A stretch of 64,000 nt of DNA from Heteronotia binoei (taxonomy: Eukaryota): contig NC_083227.1 of NCBI RefSeq assembly GCF_032191835.1, forward strand, positions 74,586,001 to 74,650,000, written 5' to 3'. Positions within the stretch are counted from its first letter, which is position 1, and every line of letters starts with the position of its first letter. Made by a program: the position numbers and the translations under genes. Below are positions 49,048 to 61,420 of this stretch, piece after piece. The notes beneath the pieces are model-generated. The model saw only the letters and a program-made list of their open reading frames with translations. It was not told the DNA's origin and did not search any database.

Positions 49048-49172
49048 CTGGAAGGGATCAAGACATAGTAACTTTAGTTAAGAAATACATTTGTATATGT
49101 ATTTAAAGTAAATAAACATTCAACTAACATCTATTTTGTGGCTTATGGATGTTTATCTACTTGGAAGTAAGT

Positions 49173-49386
49173 CCCCACTCCTCCACTTGCACCTGCTAGC
49201 ATGGCCTTGGGTCAGCCATAGCTCTGGCAGAGGTTGTCCTTGAAAGGGCAGCTGCTGTGAGAGCCCTCTCCAGCCCCACCCACCTCACAGGGTGTCTGGG
49301 GGAGGAAGGTAAAGGAGATTGTGAGCCGCTCTGAGACTCTTTGGAATGGAGGGCGGGATATAAATCCAATATCATCTTCTTCTTCT
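49173..49386 (+). mobile_element. Squam3-like SINE, 5'-truncated
   Basis: ccccactcctccacttgc...tgtgagccgctctgagactc...gggcgggatataaatccaat(ctt)n. Confidence 0.75.
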
Positions 49387-49823
49387 ACTGAACGAAGTTG
49401 GACTGCTGAGAAAACATGCATAGGAGCAATTTGTAGGGCTACTGTAGGCTCCTTATGTATTGTAAAACCCTCTCTCGAATAAGTACTTGCCAGAAGGCCC
49501 AAGGCAGCCTTATTTGAAACAAAAACACAAATCACACAAATAGAAGAAAAAATAGGTCAAAATAAAGCCAATATTGTAAGAAAACAAATACGAAACACAA
49601 CCTTGAATGCCCTGCGATCTAACACTGGAAACTAGAAACCCCAATAATTCTAAGGCCAGATTTTTATCTTACTGTGTGATTTAGCTAATTCATTCAGCAA
49701 AACAAACGACAGGTGATACAAAGTGTAGGGCAATACACAAAGTCTCTAGGATAGGGGGCAGATGTCTGCCTCACATGTCATAAATCTGCCTTTCCACAGT
49801 GGTTTCTAGCAGGGCACATAACA

Positions 49824-50005
49824 CATGAAACTGCCTTACACTGAATCAGACTATTGGTCTATCAGTACCAGTATTGTCTATTCTGACTGGCAGCTGCTCT
49901 CTGGGGTCTCAGGCAGAGGTATTTCACAACATATGCTACCTAATACTTTTAAGTGGAGATGTCAGAAATTGAACCTGGGACCTTCTATTTACAAAGCTAT
50001 TCTAA
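49824..50005 (-). mobile_element. tRNA-derived SINE with CR1-like tail (Squam2-like)
   Basis: Reverse complement of the family seen at 51880-52092. Confidence 0.6.
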
Positions 50006-50369
50006 TAATCCTTAGGTTGACACTCAGTAGATTGATGATTACATAGCTTCTGTCTCTTCTCCTATATTCAAAAGCCATTTTTACATTTGATGCTGCTTTC
50101 TCCCCAAGACAGGAGTAAGGCCAAATTGTAACATTATGGTAAAGATATAAAGGATCCCCTTATACCAGTTCTGTTGCTACAAAGTGAACTGTGGGATCAT
50201 ACTACATGCCTCTGTGACTGTAGCACATATAGTATAAAGGCCAAGTCTAGTTACAGGACTTGTGCCCTATGAGAAAACTCTGGCTAGAGATATTTCATTC
50301 CACAGTATTATCAATACTAAAATAGATTAATCAGCATTTGGACTCCCATTGTCTTTCCCAGACTAGGGA

Positions 50370-50718
<349 letters not shown>

Positions 50719-51879
50719 TCATATGAAAAATCCTGTCAGTGATACCATTAAGATTTGCGAATTTTTAGTATTGATAATACTGTGGAATGAAATAAAATAA
50801 ATTAATAAATTTGTTTGTTTTTTACATTTGTAAGCACTTGCTAATATGAATAAACTAGGATCTGCAATAGACTTTTTCTTTTTTTAAAAAACCCTACAGG
50901 CATACAAAATGTTGCTAATGACAAGGAATCAAACTGTTATCATTGCAGTTAAACAAGAAAAGAAAACATGTTATAAACATATAATGGAGTTAGCTAAACT
51001 AAATACATCCATACAGATGCTGGAGTACTTCTGTTTCTGTGCAGTAAGAACACAACCATCTAGAACATGGCAAAATGTAGGGCCATGGCTACCATTATGA
51101 GATCTCTTCCTATTCATATGATTCTATTTAAGGAAGGAATTCACAGGTCATACATGTACTTCCCATGCATAATACGTTGCAGTTTCTTTTAGCTTCCCTC
51201 ACATTACTCACTTTTAGCACACTTTAACTGGAATTTCTATAGGAATGCCTTCAGAGACTCAAGTCTGTTTTATTTTCTTAAAGGGTATCTGGGAGGAAAA
51301 TATATATTGATGACAAATTTCCACTTTTAAAATACTGTGAATACAGATTTTGGAGATTACTTCTGCCCCTGAAGCAAATAGTGTAAAGTTGTACATGGGA
51401 CTTGTGTGTCAATCACACCCAACACCAGGGCCCCCAAACCCTTTTGAGTCAATGGGCATCTTTGGAATTGTGACACAGGATGGTGGGTGCAACCACAAAA
51501 ATAGTAACTCTTCAGTATTTCAAGGCAGAAGCTATATACAGGATACCTTTTAAAATGAAAATATTGTTTTTAATATTTTCTTACCTATAAACAGTTTATC
51601 TTCTGTCATACAGTGAATATCCTTGTAATGTTTCAAAAAATCTGCACAATCAGATCTCCAGCGGCCAATAAGAAGCCCTGCTGGGCAAAACCCTCACTTT
51701 GCCCTACCCACTTTCTGAAAACCCTTGGTGGGCACCAGAGACCCCATGGGCATGATGTTTGGTACCCTTGCTCTGCACTTAACAGCCAGTGAAGGACTTT
51801 GGGGCTCATCATGTGAACTAAGAAGTCAGCAAACTTTACCTCAATCAAGCGATCATTAACAGTGGAATCCTACAATTGG

Positions 51880-52092
51880 GGAGGGATGGTGGATCAGTGG
51901 TAAGAGCATCTGCTTGGGAAGCAGAAGGTCCCAGGTTCAATCCCTGGCATCTCCAAAAAAGGGTCCAGGCAAAGAGGTGTGAAAAACCTCAGCTTGAGAC
52001 CCTGGAGAGCTGCTGCCAGTCTGCGAAGACAATACTGACTTGGATGGACCGAGGCTCTGATTCAGTATAAGGCAGCTTCATATGTTCATATG
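51880..52092 (+). mobile_element. tRNA-derived SINE with CR1-like tail (Squam2-like)
   Basis: A box (tggatcagtggtaag), B box (ggttcaatccc), tail gattcagtataaggcagcttcatatgttcatatg. Confidence 0.7.
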
Positions 52093-52161
52093 TACAATGA
52101 ACTGAACTTATTGGACTCAGTTAAAATAATTTCACAGAGAATTGCAGCATTCAGTAGCTTT

Positions 52162-52406
52162 AGAAGAAGATATTGGATTTATATCCTGCCCTCCACTCTG
52201 AATCTCAGAAAGGCTCACAATCTCCTTTATCTCCCTCCCCCACAACAGACACTCTGTGAGGTGGGTGGGGCTGAGAGGCCTCTCACAGAAGCTGTCCTTT
52301 CAAGGTGACCCAAGGCATTCCAGCAGCTGCAAATGGAGGAGTGGGGAATCAAACCAGGTTCTCCCAGGTAAGAGTCCATGCACTTAACCACTACACCAAA
52401 CTGGCT
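52162..52406 (-). mobile_element. Squam3-like SINE
   Basis: Minus strand agccagtttggtgtagtggttaagtgcatggactctt...ggtttgattccccact...(TTC)n. Confidence 0.8.
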
Positions 52407-52796
52407 TTAGCTAAATCACATCTCTCACTCTCGGCTCCCATTTGCAATGGATAATACAGGTGAAGACTTTATTTCCTTTGTCATTCTATCAATGATCCCC
52501 CACCAATCCCCAATGTTTTGTTATTTTTATGTTTTGTATTTTATCCATGATTTTAATGAAGTGTTTTTGTTGGTTTTAACGGCTTTTAAAATGAGATTTT
52601 GTTATATGTTCTGTTAGCCATCTTGGTGGCCTTATACAGGCAGAAAGGCAGGGCAAAAATGTTGTTAGTAAGTAATTTTAACAGTTTTGTGGGGTGAAAG
52701 ATTAATGAGATCATGCATGCACAGCACTTTGGACAACCCACCACAGTATACAAATTCTAAGTGCTATTATTATTAACAAGTCTGGAGAAAAAATAC

Positions 52797-52946
52797 CTGA
52801 GAATCTGATGATGGTCTTTGCTCTGAGTTCATATAACCCAAGAGGTTTCAGCAGCTGTGACATTTCCTTGCAGTCAGCAATTCTTGCTATTCCAGGTGAA
52901 GGATATTTCTTCAAAAATTCCCAAAGAACAGGAATGGCCATCTTAC
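52797..52946 (-). CDS. MBD4: MBD4 exon 6 ([17 protein letters not shown]...[18 protein letters not shown])
   Basis: 150 bp, phase 1-1; glycosylase domain. Confidence 0.95.
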
Positions 52947-53366
52947 CTAGACAGAAGTGGCATGCTATGAATAGCAAGGTTTATACTGACTTCCTTTATT
53001 TGCAACATTGACATAAGCTTAAGTGTAAAACAGTGTTAACATATTTTCTAATAGCCGCTTAAAGCAGCTCAGCTTCACACAACACAGGATTTCTGATACA
53101 GAAGTAACTTTCCATTAATCCTGCTAGCAGTCATGGCTTTCTCAAACAGTACATATAGACAGACAAGTTTCTTTTCCCCTATAGGCAGGATTTAGACAGT
53201 TTACTACATGCAAATGACTCCCATGAATTAATCTCATATGAAGCAGCCCCATTGGACAAACTACACTTTGAATTTTGCCAGCTACATTCATGGTCCCATT
53301 ATTTCATAGTAAATTCAACAAATGACAAAAATTCATCCTTGTTTTAGTGCTAATTCATTTTGCATA

Positions 53367-53660
53367 AAGGTAAGAGTAGTCCCCTGTGCAAGCACCAGTC
53401 ATTTCCAACTTTGGGGTGACGTTGCATCACAATGTTTTCACAGCAGACTTTTTACAGAGTGGTTTGCCATTGCTTTCCCCAGTCATCTACACTTCCCCCC
53501 CAGCAAGCTGGGTATTCATTTTACCGACCTTGGATGGATGGAAGGCTGAGTCAACCATGAGCTGGCTACCTCAACTCAGCTTCTGTTGGGATTGAACTCA
53601 GGTTGTGAGCAGAGCTTGGACTGCAGTACTGCAGCTTACCACTCTGCGCCATGGGGCTCC
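53367..53660 (-). mobile_element. Sauria SINE
   Basis: Reverse complement of the copy at 4718-5013. Confidence 0.85.
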
Positions 53661-53889
53661 CCTTTTTTTTTGCATATGTTAAAGTAAATATTAGCACCCA
53701 TTATTCCCAACTGTGTTAGAACTGTTTGGGGGGGGGGGAAGGCAGGGTGATCCTGTGCTGCTGGGGAATGTGCAAGTATCACGTAATTAAGTGAGCACTG
53801 CAGTACCCCACAGAAAGTCCAACGTAATTGTTTCTGCTTGATGCATGTCTGCTCACACAGGACAGTGACCCCATACTGGGATATGTTTT

Positions 53890-54440
53890 ATTTACATTAT
53901 TTATATTCTGCCTTTCTCACAGGGACTCAAGGGGGATTACATATAGTGAGTTTGTACAGTCACCAAAATGGGACATCCCATAACTAAAGCATTAGGATTT
54001 TAGAAATCTGAAACCACCAGAAAGAACTGAAGCATAGCATATGTATTAACATGACATGTTAAACAGTACAGAAATTACATAGGTAAATCGGATCCTACTT
54101 AACAAACTATACACAGCAGATACTATATAGTCTCAATCGTTTATCCAAGTAACTCTGTGCAGCCTTTTATACAGCGCAACTGTATTACCTGCACAGAACA
54201 GCCCCCTTGAATAGTTCAGTTTTGTATAGTTTGTGGAAGACCAGGCAAATGGGAGCTTTCCTGACCTCAGGCAGGCCATTCCATAAGCTAGGAGCCACAC
54301 TGGAGAAAGCACACGTCCAGGCAGTTGCTGATTTTGCCCATCTGCAGGTTGTCATCTGCAGAAGACCCTGGTTACGTGAGTCTGCCTTCAGTACAACAGT
54401 GTTTGTCCCAAACAGAATTATTTCCACCTGTGAAGTGTGA
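53890..54440 (-). mobile_element. L2-type LINE 3' fragment
   Basis: AFSSVAPSLWNGLPE motif; boundaries approximate. Confidence 0.6.
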
Positions 54441-54640
54441 CTTTCTCACCTTTCCCCTTCTCCTGCTGCAGCCAAAAGTCCCCCCCAATGCTGTTTCCCA
54501 TCACCCAGAAGCAGCATTTCAAGGGGCATTTTGAGTTGCAGTAGGGGGAGGAGGAGGCATGGGTGGAAATTGATCCATCTGCAGAAGTGCTCTGTTGGAT
54601 CCAAACCTCCCTGAGTGAGAGAGACATGGCCCTGCTTTTA

Positions 54641-54784
<144 letters not shown>

Positions 54785-55570
54785 TCATGTTCAAGATAAA
54801 GAAGTGAAAAATCAATTGCTTATTATTGCATATAAATACAGCATTGTAATACATCTCTGAATCTGGAGATGTGTGGCAACTTGCACTTACTCTTCAGGCT
54901 CCAGAGACAGGTATGTCAGCAGAACTGACCTCCTCTGTTTAAACATCCTGTCATCTTAGCAGCTAAGAAACGATAACTAGATTGCCTTGGCCCATATCCC
55001 AAGTCTTCCTCTTTTGCTTGCCAATGGAGGTAAGGGGGAGCAAAACATTTCAGGAATGCTGCAGTTATCGATAATAATTTTGAGCCCTCTGCTCTCACTT
55101 GGTAGCACAAAGGCAGAGGGATTCCTCAACACACTATTGATTGCTACCAAATTGGAGCAGAGAGCACCTCATCATATATTTTACATAACATTGAGACCTT
55201 CAGTTTAGGGCTTAGAGTTTCCAGTTTAAAAAGGATTACTTAAGACTCACATATAATATATTCCCATACTGCTGCATACAATAACTATGGACAGTAGTTT
55301 ACATCAAATGAGGGTAATAATTTGCTAAACTTTGAAAATGACTATGGCTATTGTCAAAAGCACCAACCTAACAACAAACCTTTGCATTGAATGTGTACAT
55401 GACATTTTATGATTATGCTTGATAACCAATCACTTTACAGCTGGGTTGCCAGCTCCAGATTAGGAAATAACTTGAGATTTTTGGGGGATGGGAAGGTTTT
55501 GAGCCTGAGGAAGGTGGGGTTTGGAGAGAGGACAGACTTCAGAGGGGTCAAATGCTCTAGAGCTCTATCA

Positions 55571-56091
55571 GGCCCTCAAGCAACTGGCTGCCATTGGCTT
55601 CCTTCTCCCCCTCCCTTGCTTCCTTCTGCATCACAGCTTGCTTTGCCAGGCTTGCTCAATTACACAGGAGCTACACAGCAAAGCCTCTATTTTCTCCATT
55701 GGCTGAGGCTCCTTCCTTGGAGAGGAGGAAAGCATTGCTTTGCCAGGCTCTCAGTTGCACAGCAGAGCTACTGAGCCAAGTCTCTCTTCCTTCTATTGGC
55801 TGAGGCGCCTCCCCCTTCTGGTCCCCTGGGAAAGGAAGGAAAGAGCCAGGGCTTCCTTTGCCCAGTTCCCTGGATTGCATGGGAGAGGTACAAAGAAAGC
55901 CCCTTTAAGACCAAATGCTAATGTTTTAAGCATGTCTTATTTTAAGCTTTTAAAAAATCTTTGTGTTTGTGTCCTGTATAAGGTTTACATCTCTGCTACC
56001 TGGCATTACATTTTATGACACACATGGCCTGGCCCAACAAGATCTCATTTATGTTAGATCCGGCTCTCTTAACAAATGTTTGACACCCCTG
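55571..56091 (-). mobile_element. hAT element, same family as 42213-42757
   Basis: Ends gtttgacacccctg (TIR CAGGGGTGTCAAAC on the minus strand); internal blocks shared; other end truncated. Confidence 0.75.
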
Positions 56092-56434
56092 CCCTAGAGA
56101 CATCCTTCCAAACGCCATTTTCATCAGGTGAACTGGTCTCTGTTGCCTGGAAATCAGCTGTAATCCCTGGAGACTGGCAAACCTACTTTGTGATTTCTGA
56201 TTAGACAGAAATAGAAGACTAGCTGTTTTATCCTATTTATTTTTATTCAGAACGAAGAGCCTATTTACTTTTACTTTCAGGCAAGATCCTATTAGTTCAG
56301 CAAGGCTTATTTCCAAGTAACATGTATTACCTTCACTGTCAGTCTGAAATCAATGGGAATTCTTTTTGAGTAAATACTATTGGGTACAGATGCTATAAAA
56401 TATATGCAAGGCATTTCCACAAGATGCAAGTTAC

Positions 56435-56509
56435 CTTCTTTGAGGAATCTACTGGAAAAATATGGACTGGTTTTCCTTCTCTCCACTTGGGTTCTTTGAA
56501 CACGGCCAT
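56435..56509 (-). CDS. MBD4: MBD4 exon 4 (DGRVQRTQVERRKTSPYFSSRFLKE)
   Basis: 75 bp; matches human [20 protein letters not shown]. Confidence 0.92.
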
Positions 56510-57067
56510 CTATATGTTGAAAAATAGACTAATGCAAATATAGAAAACCTAATTCCTTGGTAAATTTTGATAATAATACATGCAATGCTACACTCCCTTT
56601 TAATGCATGCTAAACTGTAATAATATTCAGACAGGGAGGATGCTCTCACATTAAAGTGTGTTGGGCTAGAAGCCTATTGTATTATTTCCAGACCTACACT
56701 CAAAAATCAATATGTTAAAAAAATAAAGCTCAACTAACTTTCTGATATTGTGCAAGCATATTTCTTGATCTAGAACTGGTAAACTTGTCAAAGTAATACA
56801 GAACACCATACAGTGACCTGACACTAAATGCCTACTGGCAAAATCATGTAAAGCACAACTGGAAAATATTAACAGTGTAATTCTCTACAGAGCTACTCTG
56901 GTCTAAGTCCACTGAAACCAACAGGCTTGGACTGGAATAACTCTATGTGGCACTGCTCCATAAGGGTACCAAATTGTGGAGCATGAAGACAGAGGCTCCA
57001 TATTCCTTTGCACTACTGGCTTTGAAGTAACCCCATTACAATTTTAGCTCCTCTGTAAAATACATAC

Positions 57068-57864
57068 CTTTAACTGATGTAAAGTTATTCTCATCACTGA
57101 TTTGCGAAACATGAATATCTTCCTTGGGAGTAAACTTTGTATCTTGGCTCTCTAAAGGCGTCCAGTTTTTCAAGTTTTCAGGCTCTGACGAATTTTTAAC
57201 AGTTGTTGCAGTAACAATCTCGCTGGGACTCTCACCACATTTTAAAACTTCTGCACTTGACTTGCATTCCAAGCTAGCTTCCAAGGGATTAATATGCATC
57301 ACCATTGTTGGCTCAGAAATCAGCAATTCATCATTCAAGCATATTTTCTTTCTTCTTGAGCCTAGCTGGCACACTTTCTGTTCATTTACACTCTCACTAT
57401 TAACAGCACAAGCACCATTCTTTTGTCTGCTTCTTTTAATACATCCCATTATTTGATTTTTATGTGATGTTTTTCTCTGTCTCTTGTTTTGGTCATCATC
57501 CAAATTATTTTTTTTGTTTGTCTGTAAAGAATAGTCCTTTGCGTTATCTATTGTGGGCCCATCTTGCAAACAGAGAGAAATATTTTCCAACTCCCTGGCC
57601 TTAGTTTGCAGTCCCAAAACTTCATTCTGCAGAACAGTTGCATTTCCCCCATCACTATTTTGTAAACCAAGATCAGAAACCTGGCTGTTTGAGTTATAGA
57701 TCTGTACTCTTGACTCCACAATACTTGATCCCTTGGTTCTCAACAGTGCACTGTTCTGAATAGGAGCATTAAAATCAAAATCCTCTGATTTAAGAACAAT
57801 TTCACCGGTCTTTTTGAAGTAATCCGAAAGAGCACGCTTGGATCGGAACTTCATTCCTTGAGGA
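57068..57864 (-). CDS. MBD4: MBD4 exon 3 (second half of MBD plus linker)
   Basis: SPQGMKFRSKRALSDYF...EDFDF; 797 bp, phase 2-1; donor AAG|GTATGT. Confidence 0.93.
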
Positions 57865-58600
57865 CTAGGAGAGAATAACAAGGCATTAACTACTTATTGC
57901 AATATATACACAAATTCTGAATAATGTATTAAAAATTAAGTTGAAGCTATCTAAAATATGTAAATAACACTACTATTCTAAGCAGCATTACCCCTTCTAA
58001 GTCCACTGAAGTCAATGGGCTTAGAAGGGTGCAAATCTGTTTAGGCACTTTTTAGTTACCATTTAAACTTTAATAGCTAGCAGTGCCAGAGTAAAAGTGA
58101 CTGCAGCATAAGCAAATATATTTTATGCATATATTTATATATAAATGAAGCATAGTATATCCATGTTTAATAGTTTTGTTGATGGAATACAGCAAAAGTC
58201 CGACTTCCACAAAAGTCTGTGCAGTTGCCACAAAAAAGAATGGGGAAGGAAGCTCTTCCTTGACCCAACTCAAGTATCCCTCTATCCACTAGGCAGGCTA
58301 TGAATAAACTTCCATAACAATTCAGAGTTTGCTGCTGGCATGCAAAAAGTGCTCTGTTCCATGAGGCAAAAGCGAGAGGGAGGGAGGAACCATCAAACAA
58401 CTTTTGTTGTTAGGAAGATGAAATAATGGGAAAACTATCTGTATGACAGATCACTTCAGCATGCCAGATCACTGCCAGGAAAACTCACACATTAGCAATC
58501 CTAAGATTCACGTGCATGAGATTTCTTCTCTCTCTTTTTTAAAGTGAAATTTTTATTCATTTGAAATGAAAATACAGTTTCCTTACACTTTTTAATAGCC

Positions 58601-58763
58601 CAATTTCATATCTCAGAGGCAACGCTGGGTCGATTTTGGCTAGTATTTGGATGGGAAACCACCAAGGAATACCAGGGCCGCTATGCTGAGGCAGGCAATG
58701 GCAAACCATTTCTGATTGTCTCTTGCCTTGAAAACCCTACAAGGTCACCATAAGTCAGCTGTG
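58601..58763 (+). mobile_element. 5S rRNA-derived SINE with RTE tail (5S-Sauria-like)
   Basis: tagtatttggatgggaaaccacc (5S box C region) followed by ggcaatggcaaacc...ccataagtcagctg. Confidence 0.7.
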
Positions 58764-58967
58764 ATAATAATAATAAACTGGCATTCATCAACATTTTTCT
58801 TCATACCAAAAGCTGTGCATTGCTATTTAAGGTATGCGATATAGTCAGTTTTAATCCACAAAATTTTATGCTACAATAAATCTGTTGGCCGCAAGATTCC
58901 CATTTGGTTTTGCTGCAGCAGACTAACAGAATTACCTCTCTGGAATGTGCATATCTTGAAATGTTAC

Positions 58968-59219
58968 CTGATAAAATAAATGTCAAATTTTCCTTTAGTT
59001 TTGCCTCGCTGTCTTTGCTTTATTATCTTCTCCCATCCTTCAGGGACAGCTTTGGGGCTGAGAAAGTCTGCTAAAGATACAGTTGCTCCATCCACTTTGC
59101 ACAGAACTGGACTTTCAGCCAGACTCTCAGTATCTTCTTTGGGGGCAGCACATTCTCCTGCTGCTGTCAGAAGTTGACTTTTCTCTTTGTTTACATCTTT
59201 TGTCATTTGTGTTGTGCTT
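58968..59219 (-). CDS. MBD4: MBD4 exon 2 (first half of MBD: [27 protein letters not shown])
   Basis: 252 bp, phase 2-2; donor AG|GTAACA. Confidence 0.92.
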
Positions 59220-59670
59220 CTATAACTGAAACAATATAACATAAAAACAGAAGGACCATTTATCAGCAGCATGGCACAGGCTTTGTTGACATAAACCTAC
59301 AGGTTCAGTTCCTAGCGTATCCTGTTAAAGGATCTCAGGTAGCAAGTGTAGTAGCAGACACTACGGACCTTTAGAGACCAATGCATTTTTGTCTATTTAT
59401 TTATATCCCACTTTTCTCCACCATGGGACCCAAAGTACTTTTCACCCTAATGGTCTGCCTCAGTATAAAGTAGTTTCAAGCATGTTCATGTGAATTTCCT
59501 GTGGAACTGTTCCCAAGTAGCAATGCAGTGAAAGACCTTTTTGTGCTCTAGAACGGAGAACTGTTGCTAATGAGAGCAGGCAACACTGAGCTAAAGGTAC
59601 CTGTTTCATATTTTTAAAAAAATCCAGAACTGGTTTATTCCCATTAATAATTTTAAAAGAAGTTTTAAAA

Positions 59671-59852
59671 CACCCGAATCTCACCAGATCTTGGAAACTA
59701 AGCAGGTTTGGCCCTGGTTAGTACCTGGGACCCCACCAAGGATTTCCAGGGTCGCTATTTGGAGGGAGGCAATGGCAAACATCTCTGTTTGTCTCTTGTC
59801 TTGAAAACCCTGTGGGGTCACCATAAATTAGCTACAATTTGACAGCACTTTA
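59671..59852 (+). mobile_element. 5S rRNA-derived SINE with RTE tail (5S-Sauria-like)
   Basis: cccgaatctcaccagatcttggaaactaagcagg...ctggttagtac aligns to 5S rRNA CCCGATCTCGTCTGATCTCGGAAGCTAAGCAGG...CTGGTTAGTAC. Confidence 0.75.
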
Positions 59853-60311
59853 CACACAAAGAAAATCAAACTTGTAGCTGACATACTTTTATGAAGAAAA
59901 CATTTTCTGCCCATTCCTGTGTCAGGAAGTCTCTTTGTCCGGCTCCCTAGAGCTCAGTATTATCAAGGAAAATGACTGACAATAAAGTCAGATCAAACCA
60001 AAGACACTACTTGTAAATGCAGCTCTACATTTTTTACTTCTTCCTCCGGTGGGCTCAGGATGGTGTCTGTGGCTCTCCCATTATACCACCACAACGATCT
60101 TGTCAGGCTTGGAGAGAGCAACTGGCCCGGGTTTCGGGACTAAAGAAGCATTTGAACCCAAGTCCCAATCTGACACATTAACCGCTATACCACACTAGCA
60201 TCCATTCTTTGACACTACTGCCATTCCATGGACTGGACCAAGCCAACTAACGGGGAGAAGGAAAAATGCATAAAGATCACCGCGACTCCTTCTCGGGTGG
60301 CAGCCCCCTAC

Positions 60312-60349
60312 CTGCCCTCCTGTGGTTCCCATACTTTCTGCACTGACAT
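60312..60349 (-). CDS. MBD4: MBD4 exon 1 CDS (MSVQKVWEPQEG-R)
   Basis: gcaagATG with upstream in-frame stop; donor CAG|GTAGGG phase 2 fits exon 2; total CDS 1629 bp = 542 aa plus stop. The peptide itself is not recognisably conserved. Confidence 0.7.
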
Positions 60350-61020
60350 CTTGCACCGTCGGACTGCAGATATTCCCAACGCGCATTCTACCCGGGCTTC
60401 TCAAGAACTTTCCCGCCAGAACAGAAATACATACACGTAACCTCTCCCGCTTCTCTACGGTAGAGCAGCGAAATTATCTTCAGACTGCCTTCTGCGCACG
60501 CGCATTGCAGTACCCACAACTCTTTGTTAAGCAGAACTGAGTTAAGATATCTTGCCGGCGCACAGAACGCCAGAGGAAGAGCACGCATGCCCTTAGGATT
60601 CATATACTCCTTGTAGACATACTTCCGTTATAAAATTGAACTGATTTTCTACTCAAGGGTATAGGGACCCCTCCTCCCCCCCTTATAGACACGAGAAGGT
60701 GGAAGAACGAGGCCACTATGCGCGCTAGAATCAACGCAACAAGCGGTTTTCCCTCGTTACCCGGATGTTTAGGCAGCGCGTCGCTCTAGTATTGCTCCAT
60801 CTCTGTGTCCGTTAGGTATTTCCTCGCGCAAAACGACTGAGATTAGGAAGGGAGAGAACGCATGCGCGTTGCCTAGGCCGACTGCGTGGCGTCCCATGTA
60901 AATAAAAATGGTAGCTGTGTGGGGGAGGGGTGGTAAAATAGCACGTTAAAGGGGGGGGGGAGGTGTGACCACCCCCACCCTTAGAGGCGGGGTTGAGAGA
61001 TACAAGTGTGGGGGGGCAGC
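60350..61020. promoter_or_regulatory. MBD4/IFT122 bidirectional CpG-rich promoter
   Basis: Divergent ATGs 671 bp apart; NRF1-like CGCATGCGC (60859-60867) abutting X-box-like GTTGCCTAGGC (60868-60878); ETS-like CCGGATGT. Confidence 0.8.
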
Positions 61021-61061
61021 ATGCGAGCTGCACTCACTTGGAAGGATAAAGCTGATCAATG
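61021..61061 (+). CDS. IFT122: IFT122 first coding exon (MRAALTWKDKADQ-C/W)
   Basis: Matches recalled human MRAVLTWRDKAEHC; 41 bp then donor TG|GTAAGA; head-to-head with MBD4 as in mammals; exon 2 not found in the window. Confidence 0.9.
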
Positions 61062-61420
61062 GTAAGATTTCTTCTAAAGAAATCGGCTGGATAATTGCGT
61101 TTAAAGTGTATTTTATATTTTAGTAATATTTTGTATGTTTCCCAAGCAACGTCTTTATACTGATGTTTTACTTAAATAGGTGTTACAGATTTTAAATTGA
61201 TGTAACAAAGTAACTATTGCTCTGTAAGTAAACAGCTTTGTAACGCAAAAGTATGGTGATAGATGCTTTAATAACTATGCAGGTTTGAGGGACGGTCAGT
61301 GAGAGGAAAGTTGGCTGAGCCTTTTTAGGGCCTTTTCTATACAGAGTTGATTCTCAGTGTAGCTTTCGTTGCATTTACAGTACCAACGGAGCATCCGCAT
61401 GACAGTTTTCTATGCAGATA

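Noticed and set aside
56435-56451. 14-17 nt MBD4 micro-exon suggested by CAGTAG acceptors
   Set aside because: The full 75-bp exon 56435-56509 reproduces the conserved RTQVERRKTSPYFS peptide.
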